The notes: generated by a model from the sequence alone, not told the origin. Shown: positions 50,029 through 60,008, counted from the first letter of the stretch. The stretch: DNA of 64,000 nucleotides from an uncultured Phycisphaerales bacterium (GCA_963758525.1 CAVWVQ010000003.1:224001-288000); one strand, 5' to 3'. Translations and numbers: made by a program.

Positions 50029-51303
50029 CTACCGCAGTTCCCACTTTACTTCGCCGCCGACGATTGTCGTCGTCGCCCGGCCGGTGACGTTCCAGCCGTG
50101 GAACGGGCAGTTTCGGCTCTTGCCCGCAAATTGATGAACGTCGATCTTCCACTGCAGATTTGGATCGATGATGGTCACATCGGCATCGGCGCCGATCTGT
50201 AACGTCCCCTTTTTCAGCCTCACGATCTGCGCGGGCCGTGCCGTCATCATCTCGATCATCTGCATCCACGTGATATGGCCCGGCTCCACCAGCGCCTTGA
50301 CGTAGAGCGCCAGGGCGCACTCCAACCCAATAATCCCAAACGGGGCGTACGCAAATTCGAGCTCTTTCTCCTCGGCGCGATGCGGAGCGTGATCGGTGGC
50401 AAGAATATCGATCGTCCCGTCGCGAACGGCCTCAACGCACGCCCGCACGTCGGCGGCGGTCCGCAACGGCGGGTTCATCTTGTAATTCGTGTCGTAACTC
50501 CGGCACGATTCGTCGGTCAGCAGCAGATGATGCGGCGCCACTTCGCATGTGACGGCCAATCCGCTCTGCTTTGCCTGGCGGATCAGTTCAACGCTGCCGG
50601 CCGTGCTGATGTGCTGCACGTGATAGGGGCAGCGGATCGAGCGATTCAAGAGCAAATCGCGGCCGATCATGAGTTGCTCGGCCTCGGCGGGAATCCCCGG
50701 CAGGCCCAGCGTCATGGAAACGTGCCCCGCGTGCATTGCCCCGCCGCTGAGCGTCGGCTCTTCGCAATGCTGCATCAGGACCACCTCAAACATTTTTGCG
50801 TATTGCAGCGCCTTGCGCATCACCGATGCGTCCGCGACGCCAACCCCGTCGTCGCTGAACGCGATAGCGCCTCCTTCGAGCATCGATCCCATTTCGGCCA
50901 GCTCTTTGCCTTCGCGCCCCTTGGTGATCGCTCCGACCGCATAAACATTCGCAAGACTCACGCGCTCCGCCTGACGACGGATGAACTCGATCTGCCCCGC
51001 GTTATCCAGCGTCGGCTTCGTGTTGGGCATGCAGCAGACGGTGGTGAACCCCCCCGCCACGGCCGCCGCCGATCCGCTGGCGACGGTTTCCTCCTCCTCG
51101 TCGCCGGGCTCGCGAAAGTGAACGTGAATGTCCAGCAGCCCGGGCGTGACGTACTGGTTCGTCGCGTCGATCACGCGATCCGCCGGGCCCAGCTGGTTGC
51201 CGATCTCGGCAATCCTGCCATCGCGGATGAGCAAATCCGCCCGCGTTTCAAAAACCCGCGAGGGATCGAGGATGGTGCCGTTGGTAATGAGAGTTGAAGA
51301 CAT
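50029..51303 (-). CDS. pyrC: Dihydroorotase
   Basis: DIHVHFREPG, MPNT.P, KMNPPLR, ATDHAPH. Confidence 0.95.
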   Translation of the reverse strand: MSSTLITNGTILDPSRVFETRADLLIRDGRIAEIGNQLGPADRVIDATNQYVTPGLLDIHVHFREPGDEEEETVASGSAAAVAGGFTTVCCMPNTKPTLDNAGQIEFIRRQAERVSLANVYAVGAITKGREGKELAEMGSMLEGGAIAFSDDGVGVADASVMRKALQYAKMFEVVLMQHCEEPTLSGGAMHAGHVSMTLGLPGIPAEAEQLMIGRDLLLNRSIRCPYHVQHISTAGSVELIRQAKQSGLAVTCEVAPHHLLLTDESCRSYDTNYKMNPPLRTAADVRACVEAVRDGTIDILATDHAPHRAEEKELEFAYAPFGIIGLECALALYVKALVEPGHITWMQMIEMMTARPAQIVRLKKGTLQIGADADVTIIDPNLQWKIDVHQFAGKSRNCPFHGWNVTGRATTTIVGGEVKWELR

Positions 51304-51366
51304 ATGAAAATTAAGAGCAGCCGAGAGGCACAGCACAGCCTCGCTCCGCTCGACCGCAACCAAAAG

Positions 51367-51912
51367 GAAGAGCCGCGAAGACGCGAAGACGCGAAGACAA
51401 ACGCGAAGAAGAGGAGAAGGGAATAATCATTCTACGATGTGAGGATTGATGATTCGCTTGATTCCATCGCGCAACACCGGAACGTTGAAATTGATCAAAT
51501 AGCCGAGTCGCAGGCGTGTTCCCTGCAAGTACGCAATCACTTGCGAGCGATGCACATCTCCGAGGGATTGAACTGTTTTGAGTTCAACAACGACAGCTTT
51601 CTGCACGAGCATATCAATTCTGCCCTCACCGACCTCAACGCCCTTATAGAATACCGGCAATGGCGCTTCGCAGGCGTGCTCGATTCCACGCAGGTTCAAT
51701 TCGACCGACAGAGCCTTTCGATAGACGCTCTCGGGAAACCCAGGCCCGATGATGCGATGCACTTCGATCGCAGCTCCGATGATATTTCTGCCCAGTTCTT
51801 CGATCTCCGGCTCGATCCCCGCATCGTGATGCTCTAGTTCCATTGCTTTCTCCTTTTTGTTCTTGCTTTACCTTCGCGTTTTCCTTCGCGCCTTCGCGCC
51901 TTCGCGGCTCTT
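51367..51912 (-). mobile_element. Putative GxxExxY cassette: nuclease gene between inverted CGCGAAG-octamer arms, inserted between pyrB and pyrC
   Basis: Left arm gaagagccgcgaagacgcgaagacgcgaagacaaacgcgaag; right arm cttcgcgttttccttcgcgccttcgcgccttcgcggctctt. Confidence 0.7.
51427..51843 (-). CDS. GxxExxY protein (PD-(D/E)XK nuclease family)
   Basis: IIGAAIEVHRIIGPGFPESVY; RIDMLV...VVELK catalytic residues; YLINFN...DGIKRII; RBS AAGGAG. Confidence 0.95.
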   Translation of the reverse strand: MELEHHDAGIEPEIEELGRNIIGAAIEVHRIIGPGFPESVYRKALSVELNLRGIEHACEAPLPVFYKGVEVGEGRIDMLVQKAVVVELKTVQSLGDVHRSQVIAYLQGTRLRLGYLINFNVPVLRDGIKRIINPHIVE

Positions 51913-51920
51913 GATTTCGC

Positions 51921-52862
51921 TCAATTCGACGCCCGTGTGACCAAATACAGCACCGCCATGCGAACGGCCAGTCCGTTGGTCACCTGCGTCAGGATTCCGC
52001 TCTGCGGGCCGTCGGCGATTTCGGAGCTGATTTCGATTCCGCGATTCATCGGGCCCGGGTGCATCACGAAGGCGCCAGGCTTGCATCTTTTGAACCGTTC
52101 CTGCGTCAGCCCGAAGAAATGCGTGAACTCGCGCACCGAAGGAAACTGGCTGCTTTTGATGCGCTCGAACTGAACGCGCAGCATATTGATGACATCGACC
52201 TCGCCGATGACCGAATCGAGGTCGTGAACCACGCGAGCGCCCATTTGCTCGAACGATTGTGGCACCAGCGTCGGCGGGCCGACGAGAATCACCTCACAGC
52301 CCATCTTCGTGAGTCCCCAGATATTCGATCGCGCAACCCGGCTGTTGATGATGTCGCCAACGATCGCGACGCGGAGGCCGGCAAGTTTGCCGAAGCGTTC
52401 GCGCATGGTGTAGAGATCGAGCAGGCCCTGCGTGGGATGTTCGTGCGCGCCGTCGCCGGCATTGACGACGCTGCAGCCGACGGTGCGGGCCAGCAGAACC
52501 GCGGCGCCGGCGGCGGGATGACGGATGACGATCACATCAACGCCCATCGCTTCGATATTGCGCGCGGTGTCGATGAGCGTTTCCCCTTTGCTGACACTGC
52601 TCCCCTTCTCGGTGAAGTCGATCACGTCGGCCGAGAGACGCGACGCGGCCAGGGAGAAGCTGGTGCGGGTGCGGGTGCTGTCTTCGAAGAAGGTGTTGAC
52701 CACAACCCTCCCGCGCAGCGCCGGCACTTTTTTCACGCTGCGCGTCGAGACTTCCTTGAACGAGTCGGCCGTGTCCAGCACGATGCGGATCTCGTCGGGC
52801 GAGAGCTCCTCCAGCGCCAGCAGATGCTTTTTTGTCCAGAGACCCGCCGAACCCTCGCTCAT
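51921..52862 (-). CDS. pyrB: Aspartate carbamoyltransferase
   Basis: FFEDSTRTRTSF, HEHPTQGLLD, HPGPMNRG. Confidence 0.96.
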   Translation of the reverse strand: MSEGSAGLWTKKHLLALEELSPDEIRIVLDTADSFKEVSTRSVKKVPALRGRVVVNTFFEDSTRTRTSFSLAASRLSADVIDFTEKGSSVSKGETLIDTARNIEAMGVDVIVIRHPAAGAAVLLARTVGCSVVNAGDGAHEHPTQGLLDLYTMRERFGKLAGLRVAIVGDIINSRVARSNIWGLTKMGCEVILVGPPTLVPQSFEQMGARVVHDLDSVIGEVDVINMLRVQFERIKSSQFPSVREFTHFFGLTQERFKRCKPGAFVMHPGPMNRGIEISSEIADGPQSGILTQVTNGLAVRMAVLYLVTRASN

Positions 52863-53401
52863 GAGGCCTCCGTCCTGGGTTCCACGACGATCTCGTCGAC
52901 GCCGTCCACTTCGCGCAATCGCACATTGACGCGATGGTCGGGTGGAACGTTTTCGAGCGTGAGGGCGACGAAATCGGACTGGATCGGCAATTCGCGTCCG
53001 CCGCGATCGACCATGACCGCAAGCCGGATCAGCGCCGGCCGGCCGAAATCGATCAGCAGGTTCATCGCCGCCCGGACGGATCGGCCGGTGAAGAGAACGT
53101 CATCCACGAGGAGCAGCGGCTGATCGTCGAGGTCGATTTGCAATTCGGTCGGGCGGACCATCGGGCGCGGGCCCATCGTGGAGATGTCGTCGCGGTAGAG
53201 CGTGACGTCCAGGACTCCCCGGCCCAGCTTGCGATGTCCTCGCTCCGTCAGGGCGGCAGCAATCCGCGCCGCGAGAATTTCACCGCGCGTCCGCACGCCG
53301 ACAACATTGAGGGGTTGATCCGGAGGAAAAGCAGCCGAGACGGAAACGACCAGCCCGTCGATCATCCTGGCCACGTCGGCCTGGTCGTAATAGTTCCGCA
53401 T
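52859..53401 (-). CDS. pyrR: Bifunctional pyr regulator / uracil phosphoribosyltransferase
   Basis: GVRTRG, LDVTLYRDD, LVDDVLFTGRS, DRGGRELPI. Confidence 0.93.
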   Translation of the reverse strand: MRNYYDQADVARMIDGLVVSVSAAFPPDQPLNVVGVRTRGEILAARIAAALTERGHRKLGRGVLDVTLYRDDISTMGPRPMVRPTELQIDLDDQPLLLVDDVLFTGRSVRAAMNLLIDFGRPALIRLAVMVDRGGRELPIQSDFVALTLENVPPDHRVNVRLREVDGVDEIVVEPRTEAS

Positions 53402-53455
53402 GCCGGGACGGAAGCGTACAACGGCCGCGAGGGTTTGCAACTGCGCGACGAAAGA

Positions 53456-53679
53456 GAAGAGCCGCGAAGGCGCGCAGCCGCGAAGCCAGACGCGAAGAAA
53501 TTCCTGCAAATAACGGAGAAGCAATGACACGATAGCAGCATGTTGGGTCGCGTCCGCGAAGGGCAAGCCACCCCTGACGGCATTGGCGGAATAGATCAAT
53601 CGCCCTCCTCATGCTTCTGCCGTCCCCCGCTTCGCGTTTGCCTTCGCGCCTTCGCGCCTTCGCGTCTTCGCGACTCTTC
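53456..53679 (+). mobile_element. Miniature CGCGAAG-family element with traces of both ends of a GxxExxY gene
   Basis: Same inverted arms as the 51367-51912 cassette; internal ggagaagcaatg (RBS+ATG) and gacggcattggcggaatagatcaat (resembles DGIKRIIN codons). Confidence 0.7.
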
Positions 53680-53689
53680 GGATTTTTGG

Positions 53690-54616
53690 TTAGTCGGTGC
53701 GGGATGGGACGGCAGTGCCCGCGACTTCGGTCTTGAAGACCGTAATCTCGGGCCGGCACCATTCGAGCACGCGCTGCCCATAGGAAAGCCCGCGGTTCAC
53801 GTACAGGTGCCGGCCGTTGACGGCATAGTACCCGTGCGTGAAGTGGCGGTATTTGTGAGGATAGAATTTTCTTCCGATCCTGCCCGTCGCGACCTGACGA
53901 CCATGCGTGTGACCGCTGAGCATCCACTGCCACGGATACTCCATCAGCTCGTTGCAGTTCACCGGGTTGTGGTTGAGACAGATCACGGGTACGCCCGGGC
54001 CGATCCCTTTGAACGCGATGTCGGGGTCGATGTGGCCCGACCATTCGTCGTCGAGCCCGATGATCGCCAGCGGCTTGCCGCCGTCACGGCTGATCCAGTG
54101 CGTCTGATTACGCAACACAATCAGGCCGCGATCCCGCAAACACTTTTCGAGGTAGTCGGCGCGGCGTTCCCCCTCGGGAGATTCGTTTTTCCCGTAGATG
54201 CTGTAGTCGTGGTTGCCGAAGGTGCAGATCACGCCGCTGGGCGCATGCAGATGCGAAAGGATCGTGGCGACCCGATGCGCATAGCGATACCCGCCGGTGA
54301 TGAGATCACCGGTAATGACGACGACATCGGCATGGAGCTCGTTGACCCACCGAATGTACTGGACAAGGTAGCGGCGCCAGACGACCGGGCTGTAATGCAG
54401 ATCGGAAATCTGAACGATCTTCAGCCCCGACAGATTCGGGTCGAGTCCGTGCAGCGGCATGCGGCGGCGATGGATGTCCACCCAACGGCGATTGAGCGGA
54501 AGCACGTGCACGCCGGTCAACCCGACGCTCGACATGCCGACCCAGATTGCCTTGCGCCAACGGTGCTGTTGGCGCCAGATGGGATTTTTCAGGTATTTGG
54601 CGAGTTCGTCCCACAT
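53690..54616 (-). CDS. Metallophosphoesterase (YkuE/YaeI-like)
   Basis: SDLH, TGDL, GNHD, NHNP, SGHTHG, RPEI. Confidence 0.92.
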   Translation of the reverse strand: MWDELAKYLKNPIWRQQHRWRKAIWVGMSSVGLTGVHVLPLNRRWVDIHRRRMPLHGLDPNLSGLKIVQISDLHYSPVVWRRYLVQYIRWVNELHADVVVITGDLITGGYRYAHRVATILSHLHAPSGVICTFGNHDYSIYGKNESPEGERRADYLEKCLRDRGLIVLRNQTHWISRDGGKPLAIIGLDDEWSGHIDPDIAFKGIGPGVPVICLNHNPVNCNELMEYPWQWMLSGHTHGRQVATGRIGRKFYPHKYRHFTHGYYAVNGRHLYVNRGLSYGQRVLEWCRPEITVFKTEVAGTAVPSRTD

Positions 54617-54725
54617 CGCGTACCACGGGCTTCCGAACCCGTGCGAACTGTATCGGGGGGAATTGTTTGCGCCGCAAAAGCCGCCGCGGCGCTTCGCACG
54701 GCCACAAAAAGCGTTTGGGAAAATC

Positions 54726-55037
54726 TTACTCGATCATCATCAGCGCCGCCTCGATTTCGCCCTGGGCATGCGCGTCGCCCTTACGACGGGCGGCATCGAC
54801 TCCGGCGCGATACGCCTGCCGCGCTGAGTCCAAGTCGTCCATCGACTCGTGAATCAGTCCCATCTGGTGATAGGCGTAGCAGTAACCGGCATCGAGGGCG
54901 ATGACGCGCTTCAAAAACTCGAGCGCTTTTCGCGGATCCTGAGCTTTCTTGTACTCCAGCGCGGTGCCGTACAGCAGGAATGTATCGTTGGGCTCCTTCG
55001 CGAGCATCTTCTCGAGTTGGATTAGCCGTTCGCTCAC
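54726..55037 (-). CDS. Small TPR protein
   Basis: EPNDTFLLYGTALEY...YCYAYHQMG...GDAHAQGEI. Confidence 0.8.
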   Translation of the reverse strand: MSERLIQLEKMLAKEPNDTFLLYGTALEYKKAQDPRKALEFLKRVIALDAGYCYAYHQMGLIHESMDDLDSARQAYRAGVDAARRKGDAHAQGEIEAALMMIE

Positions 55038-55492
55038 GATCCGCTCCTGGTCAGCGCGTCATCGGGGAGATGCAGGTGAGCATCCTGAAGATGCTCGCGA
55101 ATCGTATGCTCCAGCCGTTGCATGAAATGAATGGTCACCAGGGTAGCGATCCGTCGTGACGCATTCGCGAATCGAACAGAGGGCACGACGAGCCTCTGCT
55201 GTCACCCGATGAAGTATACGGCCCTGTAGGCGCGTCAACAATCATCGTTTGGGCGGTGGCGGACCGCGGCGACCGCGTCCGATAATTCTTGCGCCGCATT
55301 TCCCAAACGCATCGCCAAAAATAAACCGCGTTGTTTGGCGTCAACAGCGAAAAGTGCCGATGCAAAAAGGAAACGTCCGCGGCTCTCGCCAGCTTGTTGG
55401 ACGTTTCACCGGACCAACGTGCGTGAACACTCGCTCGCCCGGAGAGATCGCCGCCCTTTGGGCGGCCGCTAAACGATTACTGACTGCCGACG

Positions 55493-56908
55493 ATGCTGCA
55501 AGCCAACACGCCGCCTCATCCGCGATTGCTGATTCTCGATGAGGATCGGATCATTCTGCAGTCGCTTTCGCAATTCCTCAGTCGTGAGGGATATGACGTT
55601 GCGACCACCGATTCCGCGGAAAACGCGTTGGGCATTCTCGAAACCGGCCAGACCGGCCTGCTGCTCGCGGACGTCAACATGCCGGGGGTGAAGCCCGCGG
55701 AATTTCTGCGCGACATCCGTCGGCGGTTCCCGCACGTTGTGGTGATCGTGATCACCAGCTACGGATCGATCGAGGGAGCCGTTGAAGCGACGAAGATGGG
55801 CGCTTTCGACTATCTCACCAAGCCGATCGTCGATGATGAAATCCGCGTGATCGTCGAGAAGGCGGCCCGCCAGCAGGCGCTCCTGTTTGAAAATCAGACG
55901 CTGCGCCGCCAGCTCGATCTGCGCTTCGGGCTGGAGAACGTGGTCGGGCACGACCAGCGCATGCTCAAGATATTCGATCTGGTCGACGCGGTGGCCGACA
56001 GTCGAACGACGGTCCTCATGACCGGAGAAAGCGGAACCGGCAAATCGCTGCTCGCCCGGGCGATTCACCAGCGCTCGCCCCGCCGGGGCAAGCCGTTTGT
56101 GGAAGTGAGCTGCGGCGCGCTGCCGGAGTCGCTGCTTGAAACGGAACTGTTTGGACACGTCAAAGGCGCGTTTACCGGCGCGGTGGGCGACAAGCCGGGC
56201 CGATTTCTGGCGGCTGCCGACGGAACGATCTTCCTGGACGAAATCAACTCCGCGTCGCCGGCGATGCAGCTGAAACTGCTGCGGGTATTGCAGGAGCGAT
56301 GCTTCGAGCCGGTCGGCAGCACCGAGACGCGCAATGTTGACGTGCGTGTGATTCTCGCCACCAACGCGGATCTGACGGCGCTGGTCGCGCAACAGCAGTT
56401 TCGCCAGGATTTGTACTATCGCATCAACGTGCTCAACGTGAAGCTCCCGCCGTTGCGCGACCGGCTCGGCGATATCGAGCTGCTGGCGACGCATTTCCTC
56501 CGCCGATTCTCCCAGGAGTGCGGCCGCGAAATTCTTGGATTCACCGAGGAGGCGCTGGCCGCTCTGCAGCACTACTCATGGCCCGGCAACGTCCGCGAAC
56601 TGGAAAACGCGGTGGAGCGAGCCGTCGTGCTCTGCCGCCGGCCGCGCGTCGACGTCAGCGATCTTCCTGAAACCCTCCAGCCGCTCGTGCCGCCAATCTT
56701 TGCGGCGCCGGACAGCGGCGAAGGATTCTGCTCCGTCGCCATGCCGCTGGAGAAGGCCCTGGAAGTTCCTGAGCGCAAGATCATCGAGGCCGCCCTGCGC
56801 CGCAACGACTGGAACCGCCAGGCGACCGCCGCCGAACTCGATATCAACCGCACGACCCTCTACAAGAAAATGCGGAAGTACCAGCTCGACGTGGGGGAAA
56901 GCAACTGA
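55493..56908 (+). CDS. Sigma54-dependent response regulator (NtrC/AtoC family)
   Basis: Receiver domain, GESGTGKS, GAFTGA, WPGNVREL, Fis-type HTH. Confidence 0.95.
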   Translation: MLQANTPPHPRLLILDEDRIILQSLSQFLSREGYDVATTDSAENALGILETGQTGLLLADVNMPGVKPAEFLRDIRRRFPHVVVIVITSYGSIEGAVEATKMGAFDYLTKPIVDDEIRVIVEKAARQQALLFENQTLRRQLDLRFGLENVVGHDQRMLKIFDLVDAVADSRTTVLMTGESGTGKSLLARAIHQRSPRRGKPFVEVSCGALPESLLETELFGHVKGAFTGAVGDKPGRFLAAADGTIFLDEINSASPAMQLKLLRVLQERCFEPVGSTETRNVDVRVILATNADLTALVAQQQFRQDLYYRINVLNVKLPPLRDRLGDIELLATHFLRRFSQECGREILGFTEEALAALQHYSWPGNVRELENAVERAVVLCRRPRVDVSDLPETLQPLVPPIFAAPDSGEGFCSVAMPLEKALEVPERKIIEAALRRNDWNRQATAAELDINRTTLYKKMRKYQLDVGESN

Positions 56909-56920
56909 GGACTCGGGAAC

Positions 56921-57004
56921 AAATCCGAATGACGAAACCCCAGGTCATTGAGACATTTCGTCATTCGGACTTGATTCTGATTTCCGGTTTCGTCATTCGG
57001 ATTT
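56921..57004. repeat. AATGACG-family inverted-repeat element, copy 3
   Basis: aaatccgaatgacgaaacc ... ggtttcgtcattcggattt between convergent genes. Confidence 0.8.
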
Positions 57005-57019
57005 CCCGCTGAACCGGGC

Positions 57020-57676
57020 TCAGTCCAGCGAAGCCAGCTTCCTCTTGGCGTCGGTCAAATCCGGGTCCAGATCCAGCGCCTTTTCGTACTCCGCCCTGGC
57101 CTGCGGCTTATTGCCGCGCGCCGCGTAGACGGCCGCCAGGTCGTAATGCACCTCGGCTTCGGGAAGGACCACACCGAGCTGTTTGGCGGCTTCAGCCATG
57201 TCCCCCTTGCGGGCGAGCATCAGTCCGTAGTTCACCCGGCAGTTTTCGTCCTGCGGATCCTTCTTGATCGCGCGCTGATAATCCGCCTCGGCGGCGTAGG
57301 TCTTGCCGGCCCACTCCTCGGCATAAGCGAGGTCGCAGTAGGCGACGGCGGATCCGCCTGTGGCCTTGACGTATCGGTTGAACGTATCAATCGCACCGTT
57401 GTAGTTGCGCATCTGAACCTGCAGGCACCCCATGGCATAAAGCGCGCCGAGATGCGTCGGCTTGAGCTTGAGAGCCGCCTTGTATTGTTCGATTGCCAGC
57501 GGATACGCCCCCTTGGCCTCTTCGAGTTGTGCAGCGGCGTACCGCGTGTCGGCGTTGAGAGGCACGTCCTTGATCGGGTCGTCCGGCTGGCCTTCGTTGG
57601 CCAAATGAGTGTTATTGTTGGCGGCACACCCGACCAGCGCCAGCGACAGACTCAGAAAACTCATTGCGTGTTTCAT
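57020..57676 (-). CDS. TPR lipoprotein
   Basis: Lipobox LVGC; several TPRs. Confidence 0.85.
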   Translation of the reverse strand: MKHAMSFLSLSLALVGCAANNNTHLANEGQPDDPIKDVPLNADTRYAAAQLEEAKGAYPLAIEQYKAALKLKPTHLGALYAMGCLQVQMRNYNGAIDTFNRYVKATGGSAVAYCDLAYAEEWAGKTYAAEADYQRAIKKDPQDENCRVNYGLMLARKGDMAEAAKQLGVVLPEAEVHYDLAAVYAARGNKPQARAEYEKALDLDPDLTDAKRKLASLD

Positions 57677-57898
57677 ATGTGCTCCCGGTTTTGACGACCC
57701 CGTCCTTCTTCCGACTCACCGTTCATCGGCCAAACCGATGTTCGCAAATCATCGGCCGTCCCATAAGAGTTTGTGCGAATCGGGCTTGCGCACGCGATTG
57801 AAATGAGTTAACATTCGTGGCATCCGGAGGTAATCTTCACAGTGAGTTTTGCCGAAGGGGCAGCCGACTTTTTTGCATTCCATAGAGGAGACCGCGCC

Positions 57899-58621
57899 AT
57901 GATCAACAATTTGAAATGGTTATTGTCTGCCGCATTGACGGCGGGATTCTGTTCCGCTTCGTTCGCTCAGATCACCGGATCGGTAAAGCTGGATGGCACT
58001 CCGCCGGTCATGAAGCCGATCGACATGGCGAGCAATCCGCAGTGTGCGGCGATGCACAAAGACCCGGTATTCGAGGAATCGGTCGTGGCGGGCGACAAAG
58101 GAGAGTTGGCTAACGTGGTCGTTTTCATCAAGCCGGCGGATGGGACCACCCTCAAGGGGCCGATTCCGACAACCCCCGTCACCATCACGCAGAAGGGGTG
58201 CATGTATCACCCGCACGTCGTAGCCTGCATGGTTGGGCAGGACGTGATATTCACCAGCGACGACGAATTTCTGCACAATGTGCATGGCCTGTGCGTCGAC
58301 AACGATCCGTTCAACTTCGCGCAGTCCAAGCAGCCGGGCGACGCTGCCCCGCAGAAGAAAATGACTTTCGCGACCGCCGAACAGTTCAAGGTCAAATGCG
58401 ACATCCACCCCTGGATGGCCGCCTGGATTGTCGTGCTCGACCATCCGTTCTTCTCGGTAACGGGAGCTGACGGAAAGTTCTCGATCGATACCAAGGGTCT
58501 TGCCGACGGCGACTACACGCTGGATGCCTGGCAGGAGCGATTCGGTGATCAAACCGCCAAAATCACCGTCAAGGACGGGAAGGCAACGTCGGATTTCACT
58601 TTCAAATCTGACGAAAAGTAA
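57899..58621 (+). CDS. Exported cupredoxin-like / carboxypeptidase-regulatory-like domain protein
   Basis: Signal peptide; QKGCMYHPHV; LHNVH; KCDIHPWM; HPFFSVT..DGKF. Confidence 0.75.
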   Translation: MINNLKWLLSAALTAGFCSASFAQITGSVKLDGTPPVMKPIDMASNPQCAAMHKDPVFEESVVAGDKGELANVVVFIKPADGTTLKGPIPTTPVTITQKGCMYHPHVVACMVGQDVIFTSDDEFLHNVHGLCVDNDPFNFAQSKQPGDAAPQKKMTFATAEQFKVKCDIHPWMAAWIVVLDHPFFSVTGADGKFSIDTKGLADGDYTLDAWQERFGDQTAKITVKDGKATSDFTFKSDEK

Positions 58622-58812
58622 GGCGCGGATTCCGCGGGCGGACTGGGTTCATATTATCTCAGGATTGAGCCCGCGCAGAAAACGGCTGCCTTCGGCAGCC
58701 CGCTAAACGGTGGAGCGCGGCAGGCGCGCTCGATCTGCCCGTTTGGCGGGCCCGCGGAACGGGCCGTTTCCGGTGCGAGATGCGCCGGCCGTGCAGCTGA
58801 GGAGTTTCCGCG

Positions 58813-59997
58813 GTGATTCAGACTCGCGCGCCCAGCGCCTCTCTTTCGTTGTCTTCCGCGACGCCCGCCGAATCCGGCGAGAGGGTTTCATACTTCCGCC
58901 GTCCGGCAGGAAGCGGTGCTTATGATCGTCTGTCGCACGTCCTGGCGGTGCTGACAGCAACGGCAACTTTCCCGCTCATCTTCATGGGCGGTTTGGTCAC
59001 ATCCAACCACGCGGGAATGTCGGTGCCGGACTGGCCAAACAGTTACCACTACAACATGTTTCTCTTCCCGCCCCGGCTGTGGATCGGCGGGATTCTCTAC
59101 GAGCACACGCATCGGCTCATGGGAAGCGTTGTCGGCTTCCTCTCCCTCTGTCTGGCCGCCTGGGCGTGGCGCCACGAACTGCTGATGCGGCCGCGGCTGG
59201 AAAAAACGCAGCGGACAGTGCAATATCTCGCCCTGGCAGTTCTGGGCGCGGTCATTCTCCAAGGCGCGCTGGGCGGATTGCGCGTCGTCCTGGTGAATCT
59301 CGACCTGGCTATCGTTCATGCGTGCGTGGCCCAGGCCTTCTTCTGCCTGGCAACGCTGACTGCGCTGGTCAGCTCCCGATGGTGGTTATCGGCCCCCCGC
59401 CCCACCAACCTGTTTCCAGCCGCCCGGCGGTTTATCCGCTTTGCCGGGATCTGCGTGCTGGCGATTTATCTCCAGCTCATTCTCGGCGCAACCATGCGCC
59501 ATCACGACGCGGGACTGGCAATCCCCGATCTTCCGCTGGCCTACGGCAAGTTCATTCCGCCCATCAATGCCGAGCAACTGCGGCACGCCAACCACCTGCG
59601 CGCCTGGGACCTGGATCTCGATCCGGTCACGCTCGGCCAGGTCTGGCTTCACTTTGCCCATCGCATTGGCGCGCTGCTGCTCACCGTGCTGATCCTGGTG
59701 CTGATTCTGAATGTAATCCGGCATCGTCGCGGCGGACCCCTGCCGGGATTGTCCATCCTTCTGGGGTGTCTGCTGTTCACCCAGTTGACCCTTGGCGTGC
59801 TCACCGTCATCTTCCGCAAACCAGCGGACGTGGCCAGCGCCCACGTGGCCGTGGGAGCACTTGTATTGGTCACTGCTTTTGGGATATTCGTTTGTGCGGT
59901 GCGGCTGTATGCTCCGCCCGGAGCATGGCGCGCCGGCCTGACTTCCAGGCCGTCCCAACAGCCTTCGGCGGATGAATCGGCTCCGGTAACCGGATAA
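58813..59997 (+). CDS. ctaA: Heme A synthase (COX15/CtaA)
   Basis: AGMSVPDWP, EHTHR, HACVAQ, HFAHR, SAHVAVG. Confidence 0.88.
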   Translation: MIQTRAPSASLSLSSATPAESGERVSYFRRPAGSGAYDRLSHVLAVLTATATFPLIFMGGLVTSNHAGMSVPDWPNSYHYNMFLFPPRLWIGGILYEHTHRLMGSVVGFLSLCLAAWAWRHELLMRPRLEKTQRTVQYLALAVLGAVILQGALGGLRVVLVNLDLAIVHACVAQAFFCLATLTALVSSRWWLSAPRPTNLFPAARRFIRFAGICVLAIYLQLILGATMRHHDAGLAIPDLPLAYGKFIPPINAEQLRHANHLRAWDLDLDPVTLGQVWLHFAHRIGALLLTVLILVLILNVIRHRRGGPLPGLSILLGCLLFTQLTLGVLTVIFRKPADVASAHVAVGALVLVTAFGIFVCAVRLYAPPGAWRAGLTSRPSQQPSADESAPVTG

Positions 59998-60008
59998 GGT
60001 GTGAACGT

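Noticed and set aside
53401..53690. PyrR attenuator leader
   Set aside because: No PyrR-binding loop consensus is visible; the hairpin potential comes from the repeat element.
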